From an uncultured Planctomycetaceae bacterium (GTDB lineage: Bacteria > Planctomycetota > Phycisphaerae > SM23-33): a stretch of DNA of 51,875 bases. Of this stretch, positions 27,468 to 36,538 are shown piece after piece (the first letter of the stretch is position 1; each line of letters starts with the position of its first letter). The position numbers and the translations under genes are program-made. The DNA lies in NCBI GenBank assembly GCA_964392945.1, contig CAYMSH010000001.1, positions 1 to 51,875 of the forward strand. Direction: 5' to 3'. Under the pieces are notes generated by a model. It saw only the letters and a program-made list of their open reading frames with translations, did no database searches and was not told where the DNA came from.

Positions 27468-28112
27468 ATGAAGCGACGCACCATCCTGACGGTTGTTATC
27501 TGCGGTATTCTGACTTCCGGCGCGTACATCCTGGCCGACTGCGCCGCACACAAGGCCGCCGCTGCCAAAAAGGACGCCGAACGCCAGAAGGTGATCGACG
27601 GCATACGCAGCATTGGGATGAGCACGCCGGCCGCCGACACCATGCTGCTGCGAATACTCATCCAGTCGCGCAAGGCCCAACGAGGCATTGAAGTGGGAAC
27701 CGCCGTCGGATTCGGATCGGTGAACATGGGCATGGGCTTTGAGCGCACCGGCGGACATCTCTACGGTGTTGAGATCAGCGAGAAGATGGTTAAAGAATCT
27801 CGCGAGAACATCAAGAAGGCCGGGCTGGAAAAAACCGTCACCATCATCCAGGGCGACGCGCTGAAGGTTCTGCCGAAACTGGAAGGCAAGTTCGACTTCA
27901 TGTTTATCGACGCGGTCAAGAGAGACTACTTCAAGTACTTCAAGGCCGTCGAAGACAAACTCCTGCCGGGCGCCGTCGTTGTCGGACACAACGCCATCGC
28001 ATCAGGCAAGGCCATGCAGGACTGGCTGGACTACATGAAGAAGCATCCCGACTGGGAAATCGTCATGGTCAAAGCCACCCGCGGGATGGCTGTCTGCTAC
28101 AAAGTGCGATAA
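27468..28112 (+). CDS. Class I SAM-dependent O-methyltransferase (family-3 / caffeoyl-CoA-OMT-like) with N-terminal signal/anchor
   Basis: ATG 27468 has AAGGTG upstream. The N-terminus MKRRTILTVVICGILTSGAYILA is hydrophobic. Motif I reads IEVGTAVGFGSV, followed by GDALKVLP and FDFMFIDA..K.Y, typical of O-methyltransferase family 3. Confidence 0.85.
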   Translation: MKRRTILTVVICGILTSGAYILADCAAHKAAAAKKDAERQKVIDGIRSIGMSTPAADTMLLRILIQSRKAQRGIEVGTAVGFGSVNMGMGFERTGGHLYGVEISEKMVKESRENIKKAGLEKTVTIIQGDALKVLPKLEGKFDFMFIDAVKRDYFKYFKAVEDKLLPGAVVVGHNAIASGKAMQDWLDYMKKHPDWEIVMVKATRGMAVCYKVR

Positions 28113-28184
28113 CCATAGGCCGCGAAACTCCGGAAAGCTTGCCGCGTTAACGCTTACCGAGTAGTCTATTGAATACCATTTACC

Positions 28185-28224
28185 GAAGTCGGCCGCCTTC
28201 AACGGGTGACGGCTGGCCGACTTC
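28185..28224 (+). terminator. GC-rich hairpin downstream of the methyltransferase (possible terminator, no U-tract)
   Basis: A 10-bp perfect stem, GAAGTCGGCC (28185-28194) / GGCCGACTTC (28215-28224), with a 20-nt loop. It is followed by TGCGCGC rather than a T-run. Confidence 0.35.
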
Positions 28225-28258
28225 TGCGCGCAACAGTGACTGCTGAAGGGATACGATC

Positions 28259-28945
28259 ATGCTTAGAAGACGAACGATTCTGTCTTGTATCGCACTGGTG
28301 GGGTTAATCGGCGCCTTGGGGATGACCGCCAGAGCTGACTACGGCATTACCTCAAGCAAGCCGCTTTCGGATCCCCTGAAGGCGAAAATCGACCAGCGGC
28401 TGATAGGAACCTGGCGCACCGTCATTCGGGGCGATGCGTACTACTTCCACATCGGAGCCGGAAATATCCTGGGCAAACTCAACTGGATGGAACTGGTCCT
28501 GGTGAAGCCCGGAAAGAAGAAGCCCGCGTTCTATATGCGCCATTTCGTCGGATTCCCGACGATTATCAACGGCAAGAACTACTTCAATATCGCCTACACA
28601 TCCAAGCTGATACCGCAACTTCGCGGCGCCAAGCCCGAGGAAGTAGTCGCTGCAGTAGACAGGTACGACATATTTGAATTCAAGCTGGACGGGGACAATC
28701 TCGATATTCTTGCTCCGGACCAGAAGTTCATCAGGGCTTCGATCAAGGCCGGCAAGATCAAGGGCAAAGACGCCAAGGCCGACGACACCGCAGAGAACAT
28801 CCTGGCGTTCATAAAGTCCGTCGGCAAGAAGATGTTCCCCAAGAGCTTCCGCTATACGCGCGTGAAAGATCCCGTGGCGCCCGGCAAGAAACGCCCGGCG
28901 AAGAAGGCGCCAGCTAAAAAGGCTCCGGCCAAGAAGTCCGCGTAA
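28259..28945 (+). CDS. Hypothetical secreted protein with Lys/Ala/Pro-rich C-terminal tail
   Basis: GAAGGG RBS is present, with signal peptide MLRRRTILSCIALVGLIGALGMTARA. The C-terminus is PGKKRPAKKAPAKKAPAKKSA. The stop abuts the stop of the convergent gene with a 0-nt gap. Confidence 0.65.
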   Translation: MLRRRTILSCIALVGLIGALGMTARADYGITSSKPLSDPLKAKIDQRLIGTWRTVIRGDAYYFHIGAGNILGKLNWMELVLVKPGKKKPAFYMRHFVGFPTIINGKNYFNIAYTSKLIPQLRGAKPEEVVAAVDRYDIFEFKLDGDNLDILAPDQKFIRASIKAGKIKGKDAKADDTAENILAFIKSVGKKMFPKSFRYTRVKDPVAPGKKRPAKKAPAKKAPAKKSA

Positions 28946-30877
28946 TCACAGCGAAAGCACGTACGCGATAAGATCGTCGATTTCCTTCGGCGTCAGGCTG
29001 CTGAGCCGGCCGTGCAGACCTTTGGGGTCGTGCTTTGTCAGTGCGTCTTTCATATTGGCGGCGCGTCCGTCATGATAGTACGGCGCGGTTCTGTACGCCT
29101 CGATCAGCGACGGCGTATCGTAGCTGGCGTCGGGCTCATTGACGCTTGATATCCCTACGTCGTGGGTCTTCTGGTCGGTGAACCACGGCGCCTTGTGGCA
29201 TCGGGCGCAATCGGCTTTTCCCTCGAACAGCGATTTGCCTCGCTTGGCGGCCGCCGCGAATTTCGGGAGATTCGGGTTCGGCTCGGGCTTCAGCGACTTC
29301 ACGTACGCCAGCAGATCGTCGACCTCACTTTTGGCCGGGTCCATGAAGTGGCTCCCGACGATGCCTGTCTGCATGCACTCCCAGGGATTCTTTCGCGTCG
29401 CCAGGCGGTTGTGAGGCGGGGTGTGCTGCATGTAGACCAGGCTGATCACGTCCTTGCCGTTGTCTATGCCGTCTCGAAGGAAGTCCCACACGAGCCCATC
29501 GGTGCGACCGCCGTCGAGATGGCACGATGCGCAGCTGTGCCATCGCTGGTAGCAGCGAGTCGCGTCGTGAAAGAACATTTCGCCGCGTCTGGCCGCGTCG
29601 GGCTTGGACTCGGGACCCATGCTGATCGTCGCGAGCAGTTTTCCGTTGTCGGTTTTCAGCACGCCTACCGAGGCGCCGTAATAGTTGGCCACGTAGAGTT
29701 TCTTGCCAGACGGCCCGAACGCCAGGCCCGTGGCCCCTTTGCCGCCTGAACTGCTGCGGGTAATAGTCTTGGCGATGTGCATCGCGGTCAGATCCTCGGC
29801 CAGTTCTGCGATCTGGCGTTTGTCTTTCTTGATGCGGACCCAGATATTGTCGCGTTGTGCATCTTTTACCGCTGCAAGAGCCGGTGGGATATTGCCGGCC
29901 AGCAATTGGTGTATGGCTCCGATGTTTACTGCTGATACTTCGTTTGCGCCGCGATGGCTGATCCAGAGCGTTTTGCCGTCTCTTGACCCGATCACCGCCC
30001 ATGGGTCGGGAGCCCCTTTAGTCAGATCGTCCAGCAGGACGCTGGCCAATCTTGTCGATTTTTCAAGATCGATAATGCTCAACGCCGTTGTGTGGACCCA
30101 TCCCTGCTCCAGTTGCGTAACGGGAAGATCGAAGCGTCCCAGCAGGTGCGAAACGTAGGCCCACTTGCCGTCGGGAGAAATCCAGGACCCCCGGGCCATT
30201 GTCGAGCCTGGCGGCAGTTTCACTGCGGCGATCGACTTCATCGACCTGGCGTCGATGATGCTCACTACGGATGCGGGATTCGGCGATGTGCCCGGGTCAG
30301 CCGGCATGAAGTTCGTCACAACTATTCGCGACTCATCATTTGAAACCACGGCGAACGCCGGATCGCGAACCAGCGGTATTCGCCTGATCTCCTTGTTCCG
30401 GGACAGATCGACCACCGAAACCGTATGATCGCCTCGATTGCAGCTGTACAGGCGATTGCTCTTGCTGGCCAGGGCGATCGCGACCGGCCAGGGACCTACA
30501 GGAATGTGGGCGGTTATAGTCGCTTTGGCAGTGTCGATCACGGCGATCGAAGCGGCTTTCCGCTGCGTGACGTAGAGCTTCTTTCCGTCGCGCGACAGAG
30601 CCAGGCCGTTGGGCTGGCCGGGAACCTTGATGTCGCGGATCTTCTTGCCGCCGGCCGCATTGAGTAGCGAGACGCAACCGGCGGTCTTATCGGAAACGTA
30701 GAGAGTTCCGCCGTCGGGAGAAATCGCCAGCGACAGGGGCGAGCGGTACGTCAACTTTCCGGCTGCGGGCTCGGCTTTGATCGGCGCAGCGGACCATGCG
30801 GGCTTGTTGTCTGATGAGCCGATCGCCGCAAACGCGGCTACGATCGCCAGTAATGCTGTAAGCAGTAGCTTTCGCAT
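28946..30877 (-). CDS. YVTN-type beta-propeller fused to di-heme cytochrome c peroxidase-like domain
   Basis: The start is ATG 30877 (MRKLLLTALLAIVAAFAAIG), 7 nt after the upstream stop. Propeller repeats are present (LYVSDKTAGCVSLLN, LYVTQRKAASIAVID, LYSCNRGDHTVSVVD). There are two CxxCH heme sites (CASCH, CARCH). Confidence 0.8.
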   Translation of the reverse strand: MRKLLLTALLAIVAAFAAIGSSDNKPAWSAAPIKAEPAAGKLTYRSPLSLAISPDGGTLYVSDKTAGCVSLLNAAGGKKIRDIKVPGQPNGLALSRDGKKLYVTQRKAASIAVIDTAKATITAHIPVGPWPVAIALASKSNRLYSCNRGDHTVSVVDLSRNKEIRRIPLVRDPAFAVVSNDESRIVVTNFMPADPGTSPNPASVVSIIDARSMKSIAAVKLPPGSTMARGSWISPDGKWAYVSHLLGRFDLPVTQLEQGWVHTTALSIIDLEKSTRLASVLLDDLTKGAPDPWAVIGSRDGKTLWISHRGANEVSAVNIGAIHQLLAGNIPPALAAVKDAQRDNIWVRIKKDKRQIAELAEDLTAMHIAKTITRSSSGGKGATGLAFGPSGKKLYVANYYGASVGVLKTDNGKLLATISMGPESKPDAARRGEMFFHDATRCYQRWHSCASCHLDGGRTDGLVWDFLRDGIDNGKDVISLVYMQHTPPHNRLATRKNPWECMQTGIVGSHFMDPAKSEVDDLLAYVKSLKPEPNPNLPKFAAAAKRGKSLFEGKADCARCHKAPWFTDQKTHDVGISSVNEPDASYDTPSLIEAYRTAPYYHDGRAANMKDALTKHDPKGLHGRLSSLTPKEIDDLIAYVLSL

Positions 30878-30884
30878 GTCGCGA

Positions 30885-32066
30885 TTATACGTAATTGTCG
30901 CCTGATTGGGAGTTTCGTTTTGCACGAGGTTTCCGCTTCAGCAGAAACGGAGCCGCTGCGAGAAGCACGATCGAGGCCATCGGCCCCGGCGCCGCGCTGG
31001 CCTCGACGCTCAACGGGCTTGTCGGCGGAGTGACGCCGTATCCGAAATTCTCCCGCATGATGATGAAATCTTCGAGATCGACGATGTTGTCGCCGTTGAA
31101 GTCCGCACTGGCCGCCCCAGCGGGCGGGGCGGCTCCGAACTGTGCGATTAGATTGTTGTAGTCGATATCGTCGACGCTCCGATCGGCGTTGGTGTCGCCC
31201 GGGACGCTCGTGATGCGAACCTCGGTATAGTCGATCTCGTACGTGAATGTCTCGTCTTCGGCGGGAGTCTGGGTCGGTTGCAGCAGCGGATCGTACGCCT
31301 CGGGCCAGCGGTCGTCGGGGGCCCAGAAGTTGAAGTACAGCGACATCGGCTCGTCCGGTATTCGCGCCGCGTTGGTCTCGGTTCGCATCAGCGTTTCACC
31401 CGCCGCCGGGTCCATCCAGGTCCACTCGACGCGTTGTGCCTCGGGATACCAGTAGATGCGGAACGTGTTCCACTGAGACAGGTCCATGCCGTCTTTGGTT
31501 ATGTACTGCGGCAGTTCGCGCGATTCGTCCCACGTGTTGGTCAGCACCGGATCGCCGAGCGGATACGTTGCGTTGTCGTTGGTCTTGTTCGACAGGAACT
31601 CGAAGTCGATCTCGTCGGCCTCGGGGCCGTCATAGCCGTACAGGAAGAACGACGTGACCAGGCCGCCGGGGGAGGCATTCGATTTGACCCGGGCTTCGAA
31701 GCGGTAGTCTTTGTCCGGTGCGAACTGCTGGACGCTGTGAATCTCACCGCTGAGGAATGTGGTCTTCGGATCGTCCAAATGGCGGTGATTGTGCTTGTGG
31801 AATTCGATCACGCACGCATCGTTTTCGATGTGCGGATACGGATCGCCTTCGTGGTTAGTGGGGTTAGGGAAGAATGTCCGGCCCAGCGGCTGCCACCAGT
31901 CGGAGTCCGGATTGTTGATCACCCAATCGTCGCCGCTGATCTCGGCGGCGTCGAAATCGTCGCGAAACAAAACAGTGTCCCATGGCTCGCCGATCACCGG
32001 CCCGGCCAGGGACAGGACAATCGCCATCGCAATCGATGCTGCCGCGGGTTTTGTGAGTTTGGTCAT
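30885..32066 (-). CDS. GH16 glycoside hydrolase with dockerin-like repeats and hydrophobic/basic C-terminal anchor
   Basis: A signal peptide precedes the GH16 catalytic motif E-I-D-F-E (EADEIDFEF). Two Ca-binding dockerin/EF-hand-like repeats are present (DTNADRSVDDIDYNNL, DFNGDNIVDLEDFIIM). The C-terminus PGPMASIVLLAAAPFLLKRKPRAKR resembles a PEP-CTERM-type sorting tail. Confidence 0.8.
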   Translation of the reverse strand: MTKLTKPAAASIAMAIVLSLAGPVIGEPWDTVLFRDDFDAAEISGDDWVINNPDSDWWQPLGRTFFPNPTNHEGDPYPHIENDACVIEFHKHNHRHLDDPKTTFLSGEIHSVQQFAPDKDYRFEARVKSNASPGGLVTSFFLYGYDGPEADEIDFEFLSNKTNDNATYPLGDPVLTNTWDESRELPQYITKDGMDLSQWNTFRIYWYPEAQRVEWTWMDPAAGETLMRTETNAARIPDEPMSLYFNFWAPDDRWPEAYDPLLQPTQTPAEDETFTYEIDYTEVRITSVPGDTNADRSVDDIDYNNLIAQFGAAPPAGAASADFNGDNIVDLEDFIIMRENFGYGVTPPTSPLSVEASAAPGPMASIVLLAAAPFLLKRKPRAKRNSQSGDNYV

Positions 32067-32068
32067 GG

Positions 32069-33862
32069 TTAATCCATGCGTTCAAATGTCACGTGGATTG
32101 GACCCTGTTGGCGGTCTTGATCGTCCCTGCCGCCTACTACTGTCTTTCTATTTATTACGAACGTCGGGCGGATCGAGTTCTTGCCCTCCGGCAGCTTCAC
32201 GCCTTCGAATACGCAGACCTTGTCGCCTTTGTTTACGGCTTTGCTCATCGAAATGTCGCCGAGCTTGAAGCCGGCCCGGCCCTTGTCGGATGCGACAAAC
32301 GGCGTTCCGTCCCAGACGTCGCCTTTCCGCCACTTCACCAGCCCATACGGTTCGAGCGTTATCCGGTAGGGCCCGGCATGGACGATCCGGACCGTCTTGC
32401 CGCCGTACATCAGTATGCGTACGGATTTCTGCTCGGCGTGTCCGACTTCTATCAGCGGCGCCGGTCTGCTCAGGCCCGGGTTCTGCGTTACGTCATCGTA
32501 CCATCGCCCGTATTGCTTCCGCATTTTCGCGACGATCTCGGGGTGCTTGTCCGCAATGTCGTTGTTCTCGCCCGGATCCCTGGCGATATCGTAAAGCTCG
32601 TAGCGGAAAAGGCTCTCGTCCATCGGTTTGGCTGGGTATATCTTGTTGTCGGGTTTGCGGTATCCAACCGGCTGGACGAGCTTGTACTTGTCGTTGGTGA
32701 CCATGAAACAGCGATTCTTCTGCGGTCTGCTGGTGGGATATCCCTGTATTATTAGCGTTCGATCGCCTACGGACTCGCCGCGGACCAGCAGGCCGGTCAG
32801 GGGCCTGCCGTCGAATGCGATCTTCTTCTTCAGCTTCACCCCGGCCGCTTCCAACAGAGTCGGCATGATGTCAATGTGCGCCGCGACGTCGCTGACGCGG
32901 CGCGGGCCTTTCCATTTCGCCGGCCAGCTCATCACGCACGGCACGCGGATTCCGCCTTCATACATCCAGCCCTTCTTGCCGCGCAGCCCGGCTAAGTGGA
33001 TCTGGTCGCGGTTCCACACCGGTCCGTTGTCCGACAGGAAGATGACGATCGTGTTTTCTCTCAGTCCGAGTTTGTTGAGCTTGGCCATCATCCGCCCGAA
33101 CCGCTGGTCGATATGCGTGATCATTCCCGCGGCCCGTTCGGCCTGGTCGTGGATGAGTTTGTCTTTGTACGGTTTTGAGTATTCTTGCGGGACCTGGGCC
33201 GGCAGGTGCGGCAGGTTTGTCGGCAGGTATATGAAGAAGGGGCGGTCCTTGTTCTTGTCGATGAACTTTTCGGCCTCGTCAAACCAGATATCGTTGCAGT
33301 ATCCCTTGTACTGAACTTCCTTGTCGTTCTTCCAGAGTATCGGGTCGAAGTATGCGGTCTTGTTCTGCGGGGGGCTGAACTGGCCCTTGAGGTGGACGAC
33401 GGCCTCGTCGAAACCCTTGTCGATCGCGCGGCGCGGATAGTAGCTTCCCAGGTTGCCCCACTTGCCGTAACAGGCAGTGGCGTAATTGCCTTGTTTCAGC
33501 GCTTGGGCCAGCGTTACTTCGTCAGTCGGGAGGGGCTGTCCGACCCAGGTGATGTGCACGCGGAACGGATGGCGCCCGGTCATAATCGCCGCTCGCGTCG
33601 GGGTGCATACCGGATCTACGTAGAAGCGATCGAACGTTACGTTCTGTGCGGCGAACTTGTCGAGGTTCGGCGTCTTGATGATCTTGTTGCCGTTGAAGCC
33701 GACATCGCCGTAACCTTGATCGTCTGTCAATACGAGTATTATGTTCGGTTTGACCTGCGGGCCTTCGCCTGCCGTTGTGGCCGCAGGCGCGCCCATTGCA
33801 GCCAGGCTCGCCGCTGCGCATGTGCATGCGGTTCGCCTCAGAAAATCGCGACGATTCAGCAT
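32069..33862 (-). CDS. Arylsulfatase-family sulfatase, Cys-type (formylglycine), Tat-like signal
   Basis: The start is ATG 33862 (MLNRRDFLRRTACTCAAASLAAMGA), with GAGAGGA upstream. Motifs: NIILVLTDDQGYGD and the C-T-P-T-R formylglycine motif (PVCTPTRAAIMTGRHP). The stop is 2 nt before the GH16 start. Confidence 0.92.
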   Translation of the reverse strand: MLNRRDFLRRTACTCAAASLAAMGAPAATTAGEGPQVKPNIILVLTDDQGYGDVGFNGNKIIKTPNLDKFAAQNVTFDRFYVDPVCTPTRAAIMTGRHPFRVHITWVGQPLPTDEVTLAQALKQGNYATACYGKWGNLGSYYPRRAIDKGFDEAVVHLKGQFSPPQNKTAYFDPILWKNDKEVQYKGYCNDIWFDEAEKFIDKNKDRPFFIYLPTNLPHLPAQVPQEYSKPYKDKLIHDQAERAAGMITHIDQRFGRMMAKLNKLGLRENTIVIFLSDNGPVWNRDQIHLAGLRGKKGWMYEGGIRVPCVMSWPAKWKGPRRVSDVAAHIDIMPTLLEAAGVKLKKKIAFDGRPLTGLLVRGESVGDRTLIIQGYPTSRPQKNRCFMVTNDKYKLVQPVGYRKPDNKIYPAKPMDESLFRYELYDIARDPGENNDIADKHPEIVAKMRKQYGRWYDDVTQNPGLSRPAPLIEVGHAEQKSVRILMYGGKTVRIVHAGPYRITLEPYGLVKWRKGDVWDGTPFVASDKGRAGFKLGDISMSKAVNKGDKVCVFEGVKLPEGKNSIRPTFVINRKTVVGGRDDQDRQQGPIHVTFERMD

Positions 33863-34015
33863 TGATGGTCCTCTCGTATTTGCTGTTTGTTCAAAGTGTA
33901 TTGTCGTCTCTGGCGCCGGTTTTCGCAATATGCAGCCGACGTCAGGCTTGCATGAGCCAGTCAGCGGGTTAGAATCGCATAGTCCGATTCAGGCGAACAA
34001 TTAAGGAGCAGATCG

Positions 34016-35251
34016 ATGAGCAATAAGCAGCTTCGAATGTCTCTCTGTTTGGCCAGTTGTCTGATCGTAGTTGCCGCCGCGTCCTGGGCGGCCGATTCGA
34101 GCGGCGACAAATCAGCCCACGCCAAACGCCGACCCAAGACCTACCTGGCGATCTTCATAAACGGATACGGCGGCGACCCGATGCCCGCCGATCCGGCGGA
34201 GTTTGAAAAGCTCCTGAAGTCGATCACGAGCCAGGGACATTTCAATGCGGTGCTGTGCAAGTACACACCGCAACGTGAAGCCCTCTGCCGCAAGTACAAG
34301 GTGTTGATGGTCGCCGACCTGCTGGCTGACGGCTTGCACGTCTACAGGAACCCCAAAGAGTGCGAGGCGTTGCTCAAGAAACTGCAGGGCAATGACGCGA
34401 TCGCGGCGTATCATTTGTGGTCCGATCGGTTCGGAAAGACCGGCGCTGGACGGGCTCGCGACATTAACAACGTCCACAAGTGGGACCCGACGCATGCGAC
34501 GTACATTGGCACGTACAAGAATTACGGCCTGGAGCATCTGGCCAAATCCGACTTCATCAGCTACTACGATTTCTCCTGGAAACGCGGACGGGAGAAGAAT
34601 TTCCGCAACCTCCTGTCGGCGTGGAAGACCGCTCAGGCCAACGATAGTCGGCTCGGGCGATATTGCGAGACTGACGCCGGCAAGCCGGGCCTGGGCAACT
34701 ACAATCGCCTGCTGTACATTCAGACCACTTCGATCGCCTGCGGGCTGCGCGCCTCGATGTGGCATATCGGCTCGCGGATCATGAACATGAAAACGTTCCA
34801 GTTCAACCAGTACGGCAAGGACCTGGCGAAGGTCAACGCGTGGATTGAGCCGATGCGAGCAGAGATCGCGAAAATAGGCCTGCCCAGGGCGATCTATTCG
34901 ACTCCATGGACAACCGACTGGAACCACAAACCGGTCCCGCAAACAGAAGGCAAGATTGTGATGCCGCCGGGGCTCGAAAAGAACGCGTTCCCGAAAGATT
35001 GTCCGATCCAGCCGGCCAGCGGGGAGTTTGTGCTGGGCCTGTCGAAGTACGATTCCGGCGACGTGGACGTGGCGTTCCTAGCCAATCACGACGCCTACGG
35101 CGAGCAGAGCGTGAAGTTGAAACTCGCCAAAGCGTCCAAGCCGCACATATTCAATCACAAGACCGGCAGGTACGATCCGCTGCCGATCAGTGACGGTGCG
35201 GTGAGCTTCAAGCTGGAGCCGGCCGGCGCGGCGATTATCCTGTTGAAATAG
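34016..35251 (+). CDS. Hypothetical secreted protein
   Basis: AAGGAG RBS and a signal peptide (LCLASCLIVVAAASWAAD). Length is 411 aa with coding-like composition. No family recognised. Confidence 0.7.
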   Translation: MSNKQLRMSLCLASCLIVVAAASWAADSSGDKSAHAKRRPKTYLAIFINGYGGDPMPADPAEFEKLLKSITSQGHFNAVLCKYTPQREALCRKYKVLMVADLLADGLHVYRNPKECEALLKKLQGNDAIAAYHLWSDRFGKTGAGRARDINNVHKWDPTHATYIGTYKNYGLEHLAKSDFISYYDFSWKRGREKNFRNLLSAWKTAQANDSRLGRYCETDAGKPGLGNYNRLLYIQTTSIACGLRASMWHIGSRIMNMKTFQFNQYGKDLAKVNAWIEPMRAEIAKIGLPRAIYSTPWTTDWNHKPVPQTEGKIVMPPGLEKNAFPKDCPIQPASGEFVLGLSKYDSGDVDVAFLANHDAYGEQSVKLKLAKASKPHIFNHKTGRYDPLPISDGAVSFKLEPAGAAIILLK

Positions 35252-35278
35252 AATACGAGCAGCAAGAAGGAACGCACC

Positions 35279-36517
35279 ATGAACAAAACGATCGCCATGA
35301 TCGGCGCTTTCGACACCAAGGGCCCTGAGTATAACTTCCTCAGGCGAGAGATTCTCTCACAGGGCTTCTCTGTGTTGGCGATTAACATCGGCGTGCTCGG
35401 TACGACTGACCTGTTCGACGTGGATGTTGAGGCTTCGGAGGTCGCCGCCGCCGGCGGGGGAGACCTTTCGGCCCTTCGCCAGAGCAAAGACCGCGGCGAG
35501 GCGATGAAAGTTATGAGCGACGGGGCGCCTGTGCTGGTAAGGAGCCTTTACGATCAGGGACGGCTCGACGGCATTGTCGGCATGGGCGGAACCGGCGGGA
35601 CTGCGGTGATCACCGCCGGTATGCGGGCTCTGCCGGTAGGCGTGCCGAAAGTGTGTGTCTCGACGGCGGCCGGTTCGGCGAACGTTCCTGCTTACGTCGG
35701 CGACAAGGATATTGTTATGATCCCGTCGATTACAGACGTCGCCGGGATCAACCGCATATCGCTTATCATCTTCACCCGGGCGGCGGGCGCTATATGCGGA
35801 ATGGTCGGCGCCGAACCGCAAGAGTCCTCCGACGATAAACCAATTATCACCGCCTCGATGTTCGGCAACACGACCGAATGCGTGAACATGTGCATGGACT
35901 CCCTGGCTGGCGAGGACTTCGAAGTGCTGGTGTTCCACGCGACAGGCTCCGGCGGCAAGACCATGGAGTCGCTCGTGCGGGACGGGCTTGTCGACGCCGT
36001 GCTGGACATAACGACTACTGAATGGGCCGACGAGATTTGCGGCGGGATGTTCAGCGCCGGTCAGCAGCGACTCGACGCGCCCGGCGAAATCGGCGTCCCG
36101 CACCTGATCGTTCCGGGCTGCGTTGACATGGCCAACTTCGGCGGACCGGATACCGTCCCGCAGAAATACAAAGACGCCGAGCGGACATTCTATCCCTGGA
36201 ATCCCGACATTACCCTTATGCGGACCAACGTTGAGGAGAATCGCCGCATGGGCGAGATATTCGCCGCCAAGGCCAACGCAGCAAAAGGTCCCGTGGCGTT
36301 CCTCCTTCCGCTGGCGGGTGTTTCGATCCTCGACGGAGACGGCGAAATGTTCTGCGATCGACAGGCCGACCAGGCCATGTTCGATGCGATCAAGTCCGGC
36401 GTTCAAGATGATATCGAGGTCGCCGAGATCGACTGCAACATCAACGATCCGCAGTTCGCCGCAAAGGCCGTAGAAATGATGCTCGCCCTGATCGATCGGA
36501 AGAACAAGGAAATCTGA
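35279..36517 (+). CDS. UPF0261 / Tm-1-like ATP-binding domain protein
   Basis: MNKTIAMIGAFDTKGPEYNFLRREI...GMGGTGGT...ITDVAGINRI matches my recollection of the UPF0261 family, which corresponds to the N-terminal half of plant Tm-1. Confidence 0.8.
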   Translation: MNKTIAMIGAFDTKGPEYNFLRREILSQGFSVLAINIGVLGTTDLFDVDVEASEVAAAGGGDLSALRQSKDRGEAMKVMSDGAPVLVRSLYDQGRLDGIVGMGGTGGTAVITAGMRALPVGVPKVCVSTAAGSANVPAYVGDKDIVMIPSITDVAGINRISLIIFTRAAGAICGMVGAEPQESSDDKPIITASMFGNTTECVNMCMDSLAGEDFEVLVFHATGSGGKTMESLVRDGLVDAVLDITTTEWADEICGGMFSAGQQRLDAPGEIGVPHLIVPGCVDMANFGGPDTVPQKYKDAERTFYPWNPDITLMRTNVEENRRMGEIFAAKANAAKGPVAFLLPLAGVSILDGDGEMFCDRQADQAMFDAIKSGVQDDIEVAEIDCNINDPQFAAKAVEMMLALIDRKNKEI

Positions 36518-36538
36518 GTTTAATACAAGGAGCAGGTA

